Positions 1-9,371 of a stretch of 64,000 nucleotides of DNA are shown here, in pieces. Within the stretch, counting starts at the first letter, position 1; each line of letters starts with the position of its first letter. The stretch is from Vulcanimicrobiota bacterium (lineage in GTDB: Bacteria; Vulcanimicrobiota; Xenobia; Xenobiales; JADMJV01): contig JBFWNU010000001.1 in the NCBI GenBank assembly GCA_050250895.1, positions 1,416,008 to 1,480,007 on the forward strand, in the 5' to 3' direction. The translations under genes were made by a program, and so were the position numbers. The notes beneath the pieces were generated by a model. That model was not told where the DNA came from. It saw only the letters and a list, made by a program, of their open reading frames with translations, and made no database searches.

Positions 1-142
1 CCAACAACGGTTCGGCCACCTCGGCCACCTGATCGTAGCGACGAGAGCGCAACATCTCCTTGACCACGTGAGCCCGCAGGGGAACGTTGTCGGGGGAATG
101 ACTCAGCGCTTCGAGCAGGGCCTGGAGAGCTTCGTTGTCCAT
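1..142 (-). CDS. 5' part of a TPR-containing protein, probably a TPR-AAA ATPase; runs off the window
   Basis: Manual translation from ATG 142: MDNEALQALLEALSHSPDNVPLRAHVVKEMLRSRRYDQVAEVAEPLL. SPDNVPLR resembles the N-terminal TPR of bacterial AAA ATPases. Confidence 0.55.
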   Translation of the reverse strand, partial: MDNEALQALLEALSHSPDNVPLRAHVVKEMLRSRRYDQVAEVAEPLL

Positions 143-190
143 GGCGCCAAGACTTCGTTTCTGGCTTGGGCGGAGCCTTCCGGTCTAATT

Positions 191-234
191 GTTAATCCGT
201 CGTTCATAAGCCGGTCAACGAGGCGGAGTATGTT
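191..234 (+). promoter_or_regulatory. Phased-repeat promoter of the S8 protease
   Basis: GTTAAT(191), GTTCAT(202), GGTCAA(213) at 11-bp period; -10 TATGTT at 229, 38 nt after the first box; GGAGG RBS before ATG 261. Confidence 0.6.
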
Positions 235-260
235 TAGGCGAACAAATCGGAGGAACCGTC

Positions 261-2504
261 ATGATTTCACCTTTGCGTGCCAACCAGGTCGCACCCTATG
301 CCCGTCCCGCCGTGGCTCGGGCATCCGCTGCCGAGCCCGCTCCCGCGGCCGATCAGGCCAGTCTGTCGGGTGGCTCGAACCTGCAGAGTCTGCTCGAAGC
401 CACCGCCCCCGAGGCGGCCTCGCTGGCCGGCAAGCTCGGTCCCCACGAGCCCGGCGAAGTGTTGGTCAAGCTTAGAGGCAGCGCCGGTCTCGAACAGGGC
501 GGCTTCCTGGAAGACTTCGGCGCCAAGGTCATCCACCAGTTCGAGATTCCTCAACAGATCTTTCAGAGCTTTGACGGACAATTGGTGCAGTTGAAGCTGC
601 CGGCCGGCATGTCGACGGCCCAGGCCGTGGCCGCCATGAGCAAAGACGCGCGGGTCGCCTATGTCACCCCCAACGACATCTACCAGCTCGACGAGGGCGC
701 TCAGGTGACTCCCAACGACCTCAATCCCAATCTGTGGTCGCTCAACAACACCGGCCAGAACAGCGGCACCGCCGACGCCGATATCGATGCTCCTGAAGCG
801 TGGGCCATCACCACCGGCAAAGGCGCGGCCGCCGGCGGCCCGGTCATCGCTATCATCGACAGCGGCATCGACTATAACCACCCCGACCTCAAAGACAACG
901 TCTGGACCAATCCCCGCGAGACCGCCGACGGCACCGACACCGACGGCAACGGCATCGTCGACGACCTGCACGGCTACAACGCGTATGCCCAGACCGGCGA
1001 CCCTCTCGATGGTCACTCCCACGGGACTCACGTGTCGGGCACTGTGGCGGCCCGCGGCAACAACGAGCAAGGTGTAGTCGGAGTCAACTGGGACGCCCAG
1101 CTGATGGGAGTCAAGATCTTCTCCGACACCGGTAACACCAACGCCGCCGCCATCGTGCGCGGTATCCTCTATGCCACCGCCAACGGGGCCCGCATCACCT
1201 CGAACTCGTGGGGCGGCGGAGCCTTCAACGAGGCCATTCGCGACGCCTTCGCCACCTCGCCGGCCCTGCACATCATGGCGGCCGGCAACTCGGGCACCGA
1301 CAACGACGCGGCCCCTCACTATCCTTCCAGCTACGACCTGCCCAACATCCTGGCCGTGGCTTCCACCGACCGCAACGACCAGCGCTCGAGCTTCTCGTCT
1401 TATGGCGCCAACTCGGTCGATCTGGCCGCGCCTGGCTCGGACATCTACTCGACCATGCCCAACGGTCAGTATGGCGTCAAGAGCGGCACCTCGATGGCCA
1501 CCCCCCATGTGACCGGAGTGGCCGGCCTGATCGCCAGCTACTATCCTGAGGCTACCAACGACGAGATCAAAGCTCGCATCCTGCGCGGTGCCGACAAGTT
1601 TCCCGGCCTCGAGGGCCTGGTGGCTTCGGGGGGCCGCCTCAACGCGGCCAACGCTCTCGACAACGACAGCTTGCCCCCGGCCGCTCCCAACGACTTCGCC
1701 GCCAACGCCTCGGGCTCGCGCCAGGTCAACCTGAGCTGGACGGCTACCGGGGATGACGGCTGGTGTGGCCAGGCCGCCGCCTACGATGTGCGCGTGTCGG
1801 ACCGACCCATCGTGCTCGGTGAGGCCAGCGACGGCCAGGTGAGCTTCGACGAGGCTCAGCCCGTGGCCGCCCTTCGCCCCAGTCAGACCGGCACCGTCGA
1901 GAACGTGGCCATCTCGCTGGTTCCCTCCAGCTCCGAGCGCCACCAGTTCTATGCAATGCGGGTGCTCGACAATGTCGGCAACGCCTCGGAACTGCGCGCC
2001 GCCGAGGTGACCGTGCCGGCCGCCAACCTGGCTTTCGAAGACACCATGGACGGTGGAGCCGAGAAGTGGACCGCCGACGCTGGCTGGGCCCAGGTCGAAG
2101 TGGCCGGGCGCGGTAAGGTCTGGACCGACAGTCCTGACGGGCAGTATGGCAACAACGCCAACACCTCGCTGACCTCCCAGCCGATTTCGCTGGCGCACTA
2201 CACCGGCGCTACCCTGATGTTCGAGGCCAAACACGACCTCGAAACCCGCTATGACAACCTCTATGTCGAGGCCAGCTCCGACGGTCAGAACTGGAGCCGC
2301 TTGCAGGGCTTCACCGGCCGCTCCGACTGGGCCAGCCACCAGCTGGATCTGTCGGCCTTCGACGGCCAGAATCTACAGCTTCGCTTCCGCCTTACCAGCG
2401 ATGGTTCGGTCAATGGCGACGGCTTCCACCTCGATAACGTGGTCATCGCCGGCGACTATCATCCGCCCCAGCCGCCCCCTCAGGACCCCCCTCAGCAGGG
2501 CTAA
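261..2504 (+). CDS. S8 subtilisin-like serine protease (prodomain, catalytic, Fn3-like, C-terminal jelly-roll), no Sec signal peptide
   Basis: Catalytic motifs IIDSG, HGTHVSG, AAGNSG, GTSMATP; WTATGDD Fn3-like segment; Ala/Pro-rich N-terminus with no hydrophobic h-region. Confidence 0.95.
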   Translation: MISPLRANQVAPYARPAVARASAAEPAPAADQASLSGGSNLQSLLEATAPEAASLAGKLGPHEPGEVLVKLRGSAGLEQGGFLEDFGAKVIHQFEIPQQIFQSFDGQLVQLKLPAGMSTAQAVAAMSKDARVAYVTPNDIYQLDEGAQVTPNDLNPNLWSLNNTGQNSGTADADIDAPEAWAITTGKGAAAGGPVIAIIDSGIDYNHPDLKDNVWTNPRETADGTDTDGNGIVDDLHGYNAYAQTGDPLDGHSHGTHVSGTVAARGNNEQGVVGVNWDAQLMGVKIFSDTGNTNAAAIVRGILYATANGARITSNSWGGGAFNEAIRDAFATSPALHIMAAGNSGTDNDAAPHYPSSYDLPNILAVASTDRNDQRSSFSSYGANSVDLAAPGSDIYSTMPNGQYGVKSGTSMATPHVTGVAGLIASYYPEATNDEIKARILRGADKFPGLEGLVASGGRLNAANALDNDSLPPAAPNDFAANASGSRQVNLSWTATGDDGWCGQAAAYDVRVSDRPIVLGEASDGQVSFDEAQPVAALRPSQTGTVENVAISLVPSSSERHQFYAMRVLDNVGNASELRAAEVTVPAANLAFEDTMDGGAEKWTADAGWAQVEVAGRGKVWTDSPDGQYGNNANTSLTSQPISLAHYTGATLMFEAKHDLETRYDNLYVEASSDGQNWSRLQGFTGRSDWASHQLDLSAFDGQNLQLRFRLTSDGSVNGDGFHLDNVVIAGDYHPPQPPPQDPPQQG

Positions 2505-2871
2505 ACCCATCGGGGTTAAAGTCGAGGCTGGCCGAGTTGATGCAAAAGCGGCGCCCGGTGGGACTCTCGTCATCGTCAAAGACGTGGCCGAGGTGACCAC
2601 CGCAGGCGCCGCAAATCACTTCCAGTCGATGCATGCCGCAGATGGGGTCGTCGCGATAGCCGAGCTGCTCTTCGAGCCCGGCGAAAAAGCTCGGCCACCC
2701 GGTGCCCGAGTCGTACTTGTGAGTGGATTCGAACAACCGCGACCGGCAATCGGCGCAATGATAGCTGCCGGGGACAAAGTGGTAGAGATAGGCCCCCGAC
2801 CCGCCCGGCTCGGTCTGGCCTTCGCGCAAGACCGCTCGCTGCAAAGGGGTCAGGTGAGCAGATGAGGACAT
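2443..2871 (-). CDS. msrB: Peptide-methionine (R)-S-oxide reductase
   Basis: CADC and CGAC Zn ligands, KYDSGTGWPSF, HLGHVF, RFCINS. Confidence 0.95.
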   Translation of the reverse strand: MSSSAHLTPLQRAVLREGQTEPGGSGAYLYHFVPGSYHCADCRSRLFESTHKYDSGTGWPSFFAGLEEQLGYRDDPICGMHRLEVICGACGGHLGHVFDDDESPTGRRFCINSASLDFNPDGFSPAEGGPEGAAGADDSRRR

Positions 2872-3671
2872 GTCTGGTGACTGGAGGTTCGTCTGGCCTC
2901 GGCTATGCCACCTGCCAGGGGTTGGTCCAACACGGTTTTCGAGTGGTGCTCACCAGCCGTGATCCCGACCGGGCCGCCGCGGCCGCGCGTCGCCTGGGTG
3001 CCGAAGGTATGCAACTCGATCTGGCCAGCCTGGCTTCGGTGCGGACCTTTGTTGCCGCCTTTCTCGAGCGCTACTCGAGGCTGGATGTGCTCATCCACAA
3101 CGCCGGCACGGTCGAACCCCGGCGCAGGGTGACCGAAGATGGCTTCGAGACACAGTTTCAGGTCACTTATCTGGCTCCGTTTCTGCTCGACCACCTGCTC
3201 TTGCAGGCGGTTCGACCGGAGCGAATCATCAACGTCGCCTCGGACCTTCATCGCGGCGTCGAACTGGTCTGGGACGACCTTCAGAGCGAGCGCGACTACC
3301 AGTTCGTCAAGGCTTACGGGCGAGCCGAATTGGCCCGCATTCTCTACACCTATGAGTTGGCTCGCCGCTGCCCCGACCTGACCGTCAACTGCCTGCACCC
3401 GGGCGGCGTGCGAACCAGGCTTTTTCGTAACTTTCGCGGACCCCTGGCCTGGCTGCTCTGGCTTTCGGACTGGCTCAAGCAGAGCCCCACTCGCGGGGCC
3501 GCCACCAGCCTGTATCTGGCCACCGCCGACCCCATCGGTAGCGGCGGCTATTACGTAGCCCGCCGCCTGCGCCCGTCTTCGCCCGCCAGTCGAGACCTCG
3601 ACTCGGCCCTGCGTCTGTGGGAACTCAGCTGCCAACTGCTGTCGATTCAGCGGCCCGACTCGGAGTTGTAG
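2862..3671 (+). CDS. SDR family oxidoreductase (retinol dehydrogenase-like)
   Basis: TGGSSGLG, HNAG, TEDGFE, HPGGVRT; catalytic motif reads YGRAE instead of YxxxK. Confidence 0.85.
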   Translation: MRTCLVTGGSSGLGYATCQGLVQHGFRVVLTSRDPDRAAAAARRLGAEGMQLDLASLASVRTFVAAFLERYSRLDVLIHNAGTVEPRRRVTEDGFETQFQVTYLAPFLLDHLLLQAVRPERIINVASDLHRGVELVWDDLQSERDYQFVKAYGRAELARILYTYELARRCPDLTVNCLHPGGVRTRLFRNFRGPLAWLLWLSDWLKQSPTRGAATSLYLATADPIGSGGYYVARRLRPSSPASRDLDSALRLWELSCQLLSIQRPDSEL

Positions 3672-4048
3672 ACCGAGATTTTCTCGGCCGAGGTAGCCAG
3701 CCCCGGAGCCGACACCACGGCCTTGACCTCGAAGCTACCGGTGGCGGCGAGTTGGGCCAGATAAACGTTGTTTTCATCGAAGAAATCGCGCGAGACGCGA
3801 AAACCCCGTTGGAGCTTGGTGATGTTGTTCCAGCTCTTGATCTTTTGCCAGCCCTCGTTCTCGTTGGGCCGAGCGTAAAGCTCCACCACGACCGGGCCCC
3901 GTTGGGTCGAAGAGCCGGGGTTTTTGACGGTCACGCGGATGTTGACGTTGTCGTCTTTGCGACGAACCAGAAGGTCCTCGACCACGACCTCGGCCGTGGC
4001 CGGAAGGTGAGCAAATACAAGCAAAAGAGCCACAATCAGATTTCGCAT
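3647..4048 (-). CDS. Secreted hypothetical protein, beta-rich Ig/CARDB-like
   Basis: Signal peptide MRNLIVALLLVFAHLPATA; VTVKNPG and VVVELY beta-strand pattern. Confidence 0.7.
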   Translation of the reverse strand: MRNLIVALLLVFAHLPATAEVVVEDLLVRRKDDNVNIRVTVKNPGSSTQRGPVVVELYARPNENEGWQKIKSWNNITKLQRGFRVSRDFFDENNVYLAQLAATGSFEVKAVVSAPGLATSAEKISVYNSESGR

Positions 4049-4304
4049 GGGGCTAGAGTTCCTCACCTGCCCGGGGACGACCTTCGAGCCTTTGTTCGCG
4101 AGGAAGACCGGGCCGAGGCTAGAATGGGGGCCGCATGGATAGCAACGACCGTCTCAGAGTTCAAGGCTTTCTTCGTTCTTTCTCTCGTTGGCTGACCTCG
4201 GCCGAAGGCCGCGCGGCCAGCCGCCGGCTCTCCGGCTATCGCCTCTCGGATGTCGACACGGCCAAAGTCCTGATGCGTCACTACCGCCAGCTCCAACGCG
4301 GAGC

Positions 4305-4796
4305 TTAGTGATAGTAGACCCAGGCGAAGCTGCCCAGGGCCGTGAGGGTGGCGGTCACCAGCGTGACCGCGAAGAAAAGGATGTTGACGGCCGTCAAGCC
4401 TAGATAGCGAGCCGCGTTCTTGAGTTCGTTCTTGCAGTTGGTGGTGAAGTCGCCCGGCAACTTCGAGGCGCGGTAGGCGGCCTGCAGCCCGAAGAGTGGC
4501 AAAATCCAGGCCCAGACCGGAGCGAACATGGCCACGATCGATAAGCCCACCACCAGAGAAGCGCGGCTGGTCACCCATTTGTCGACTTCGTGCTCGACCC
4601 CCTCGGGAGCGTCTTCGAGTTCGGCCATGCGAGGCGGGAAAGAGGCCTTGAAATAGAGCCACCACGAGGCGGCGAAGGTGGGCACGACCACCAGCATACC
4701 CCAGTAGCCAAGGCTGGTGGCCAGTTGGGTCGAGAGGATTGAAGCGGCCAGAAGCACCGAGCCGAGGACTAACCAGAGTACGCGCATGGTTGACAT
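4305..4796 (-). CDS. Hypothetical membrane protein (about 4 TM)
   Basis: Several hydrophobic segments; fills the gap divergent from malQ. Confidence 0.65.
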   Translation of the reverse strand: MSTMRVLWLVLGSVLLAASILSTQLATSLGYWGMLVVVPTFAASWWLYFKASFPPRMAELEDAPEGVEHEVDKWVTSRASLVVGLSIVAMFAPVWAWILPLFGLQAAYRASKLPGDFTTNCKNELKNAARYLGLTAVNILFFAVTLVTATLTALGSFAWVYYH

Positions 4797-4842
4797 TATA
4801 CACCTTGGAAGGAACCAGAATCAAAGCTTGGAATCGAGCAGC

Positions 4843-6342
<1,500 letters not shown>

Positions 6343-7500
6343 ATGAGACTGGTCCTGGACCGGGCCAGTCTGCTCTTTGATCAGCATCCGCAGCTCAAAG
6401 CCGAAGGGCTTCCGGCTCGTTGCGAGGTGCGGCTGCGAGCGACCATGGCCGACGATGCTGGCGTGGTATGGGCCTCTGAGGCGACCTTTCTCAGCGACGA
6501 GGCGGGCCAGGTGGATCTTGACCGCGATCCTCCTCTGGGAGGCACCTATTTTGGCCTGAGCCCCCGGGGGCTATTCTGGTCGATGGCTCGACCAGACGAG
6601 TCCAAGCTGGCCTTTGCCCGCAGTTGCCTCGACCCCCTGGTGACTCGCTTCGAGCTGTCTATCGAAGGCGAGACGGTGGCGACGGCCGAGCTCACACGCC
6701 ATGTGTCGCTCGAAGGGCTGAGCCGGCGCCAGACCGAGCATGGGGTGGTCTTCGAGCCAGTCTCACCGCGAGCAGGGTTGGTGCTGATCGGTAGCGGGAT
6801 GGAGGGTTTTCACGAGGATGGGGCCGCTTTGCTGGCCTCGCACGGCTACGCCACCTTGATGCTGCCCCGCCAGCCAGAGCTTGACCTGGTTCTGGCCGCT
6901 CTCGACTGGCCTCATCCGCGCCGACTGTTTCTGGTGGGAAGCGGGCGAGGCGGTGAACAGGCTCTGCTGGTCGCGACCCGCCGACCAGGTCTGGCCGGAG
7001 TGGTGAGTTTCTGCGGCAGCGGCCTGGTCTTTCCCGGCTGGACCGAGCACGGGAAGCCTCTGGATGGGGTGCCGCTAGACCACAGCCTGGCCGTGCCGCG
7101 CGAGCCGCTCTCGACTCGCAAGGTCTATGCCGAGGCGGTGGTGGACCGCCGGGCACGGGATCGGGGGCGCATCCCGGTGGAAAAGTGCGAGGCCCCTTTG
7201 CTGCTGATTTCGGCCGTTGACGATCAGGTCTGGCCATCCTCGGCCTTCTCTGAACTGGTCAATCAGCGGCTGCTCAAGCTCGGTTACGACCACCCCTTCG
7301 CCCACCTGACTTTCGACGGCGCCGGCCACCTGCTGGGACCAGAGGCGGGCTACCCGCATCGACCCACCTCGGGCCTGCTGGGTCGCGACTCGACCACCCG
7401 CATGCGGCTGGCTTACGGTGGCAATCCCAGTCGCCAGGCCCACGCCCAACGCGAGTCGTGGCAGGCTTTTCTAGCCTTTCTCGAGACCCACTCGGCCTGA
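6343..7500 (+). CDS. Acyl-CoA thioester hydrolase/BAAT family alpha/beta hydrolase with atypical nucleophile elbow
   Basis: N-terminal GTY..GLFWSM domain, DDQVWPS, GAGH; elbow reads GSGRGGE. Confidence 0.85.
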   Translation: MRLVLDRASLLFDQHPQLKAEGLPARCEVRLRATMADDAGVVWASEATFLSDEAGQVDLDRDPPLGGTYFGLSPRGLFWSMARPDESKLAFARSCLDPLVTRFELSIEGETVATAELTRHVSLEGLSRRQTEHGVVFEPVSPRAGLVLIGSGMEGFHEDGAALLASHGYATLMLPRQPELDLVLAALDWPHPRRLFLVGSGRGGEQALLVATRRPGLAGVVSFCGSGLVFPGWTEHGKPLDGVPLDHSLAVPREPLSTRKVYAEAVVDRRARDRGRIPVEKCEAPLLLISAVDDQVWPSSAFSELVNQRLLKLGYDHPFAHLTFDGAGHLLGPEAGYPHRPTSGLLGRDSTTRMRLAYGGNPSRQAHAQRESWQAFLAFLETHSA

Positions 7501-7605
7501 CTGCAACTTTTCCTTAGGTGAGCGGTTTCTCTTACAGAGATCTAACATAGGAAAAGCGTGGCTCGTACACCATTCGGGTATGGTGGAGTAGAAAGAGGTG
7601 TTCCC

Positions 7606-8358
7606 ATGAAGTGGAATTGGCATATAGGAAAGATTCTGAATATTGATGTGAAGGTCCATTTGACCTTCCTCTTCTTGCTAGCCTGGATCGCCTTTTCGAA
7701 CCTGATCTCGGGCGGTCCGCTGGGCTCCATGGTCGGGGTGGTGCTCGCTCTGGTGGTGTTTGGCATCGTGCTCCTACACGAGTTGGGCCACGCCATTGCG
7801 GCCCGCTTTCACGGCATCGGAGTCAAGGACATCACGCTCCTGCCCATCGGTGGGGTAGCGCGCCTCGAGCGTATGCCCACCGAGCCCCGGGTCGAGTTGA
7901 TCGTCGCCGCCGCCGGACCGGCTGTGAACCTGGTGCTGGCCGGGCTCGGCGCTCTGCTTCTGTGGGCTCTGCCCGGTGGTATTGTGGCCGTCTTGACCCA
8001 GTGGTTCATCGGGATCAACGTAGCTCTGCTGCTGTTCAACCTGATTCCGGCCTTCCCGATGGACGGCGGACGTATCCTGCGCGCGCTCTTGACGCGTCGC
8101 TACGGGCTGCTGAAGGCTACCGAGAAAGCCACCACGGTGGCTCGTTATGCGGCCGTAGGCCTGGGTCTGCTGGGTCTGGTCACCTTCCGCCTGGGACTCG
8201 TGCTCATCGCCCTGTTCGTCTACTTTTCGTCGGGGATGGAGCTGGCGATTCTGCGCTGGCGCTCGCGGGGAATGTTCACCTTCGACCCGGGCGTCGAGCC
8301 GATGGGCCGCGGCTTTGGTGGCCCCAACCCGATCTTCGTCGTGCGCCGCTGGCGCTAA
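7606..8358 (+). CDS. Site-2 protease, M50 family (no CBS domains)
   Basis: HELGH, LLPIGGVA, NLIPAFPMDGG; GAGGTG RBS before ATG 7606. Confidence 0.93.
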   Translation: MKWNWHIGKILNIDVKVHLTFLFLLAWIAFSNLISGGPLGSMVGVVLALVVFGIVLLHELGHAIAARFHGIGVKDITLLPIGGVARLERMPTEPRVELIVAAAGPAVNLVLAGLGALLLWALPGGIVAVLTQWFIGINVALLLFNLIPAFPMDGGRILRALLTRRYGLLKATEKATTVARYAAVGLGLLGLVTFRLGLVLIALFVYFSSGMELAILRWRSRGMFTFDPGVEPMGRGFGGPNPIFVVRRWR

Positions 8359-8366
8359 CCCCTCTC

Positions 8367-8480
8367 CGGCGCTACGCGCCGGCCGCGGCCAACGGAAATG
8401 TTGGGAACGCACGGCCTGTAGCCGAAACTGGTAGGGGAGCGACGTTCCCCCCATTTCCTACGGCGCTACGCGCCGGCCGC
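8367..8480. repeat. 20-bp direct repeats enclosing a 16-bp imperfect inverted repeat
   Basis: CGGCGCTACGCGCCGGCCGC at 8367-8386 and 8461-8480; GGAAATGTTGGGAACG (8394-8409) pairs 14/16 with CGTTCCCCCCATTTCC (8443-8458). Confidence 0.8.
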
Positions 8481-9371
8481 TGGCGCTGACTGGCCCCAGA
8501 GGCGGGTGCGCAGGTCGGCCAGGGCCTGGGACTGGGTCCAGACGACCCGGTCGAGCGAGAAGAGTGTGGGCGCTTGTTTCACCTGTTCGGGTGACACGGA
8601 GCCCTTCTGGATCTGGGCGAAAAGGTGTCCAAAGGCTTCCACCGGCGCTTTGGGGGCCGGGCCGTCGTGGCGGGGGGCCAGGCTAGTGCGAGACAGGGCC
8701 GCCGCCAGATCGAAGACGTAGGTGTAGCCCTCTCTGAGGGTTTTGCCACGTCCCAGGGTCAGCTCGCCTTCCAGCAGTTGCTGGCGGCCTTCCTCGAGTT
8801 TCTCCAGTTGGGCCCAGACGGCTCGAGCGCTGTCGAGGCCGAGCTTCTTCGAGCGCACGCCGACAAAGAAGGCATGAAAGGCGCGGTCGCGAGGCTTGTC
8901 GAGGCTGGATAGTTCAGACGAGGCCAGGGCCGCCCCGGCCTTGTCCAGCAGTTTGCGATAGCCAGCCACCAGCGTGCCTAGAAGGCTATTGTAGCGCGTT
9001 TCTTCGGCCGGCGACTCGAGCACCCACTCGACGGCGTCCAGAAAGTCGTCTAGTTCGAACGGCTTGTAAAGATAGTCCTCGGCTTCGACCTCGATGGCCC
9101 GGGTGGGGGCGTCTTCGCTGGCGTATCCGGTCATCACGATGCTGCGAGCGCGAGGCTGCATGCGCCGAATGCGGGCCAGGCATTCGAGCCCGTCGATGGC
9201 CCCCAGACGGACATCGGCGATGACCAGATCCAGGGACTTGCTCTTGGCCACCTGCAAGGCCTGCTCGGCAGCGGCGGCCTCGAACACTTCGTAGTCTTCT
9301 TCCCGTAGGGCCCGGGCCAGCGAGGGGCGCAGAAAGTCATCGTCTTCGATGATCAGGATCCGTGAGGTCAC
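8466..9371 (-). CDS. Response regulator with uncharacterised helical output domain
   Basis: ILIIEDD, IADVRL, MTGY, YKPF receiver motifs. Confidence 0.9.
   Translation of the reverse strand: MTSRILIIEDDDFLRPSLARALREEDYEVFEAAAAEQALQVAKSKSLDLVIADVRLGAIDGLECLARIRRMQPRARSIVMTGYASEDAPTRAIEVEAEDYLYKPFELDDFLDAVEWVLESPAEETRYNSLLGTLVAGYRKLLDKAGAALASSELSSLDKPRDRAFHAFFVGVRSKKLGLDSARAVWAQLEKLEEGRQQLLEGELTLGRGKTLREGYTYVFDLAAALSRTSLAPRHDGPAPKAPVEAFGHLFAQIQKGSVSPEQVKQAPTLFSLDRVVWTQSQALADLRTRLWGQSAPAAGA

Noticed and set aside
267-2339. Long antisense ORFs (also 16984-18147, 38349-40112, 53550-54707)
   Set aside because: Shadow frames of real high-GC genes with no recognisable motifs.
2443-2504. Convergent overlap of msrB and S8 protease 3' ends
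   Set aside because: Low-complexity tails typical of stop-codon drift in GC-rich genomes.
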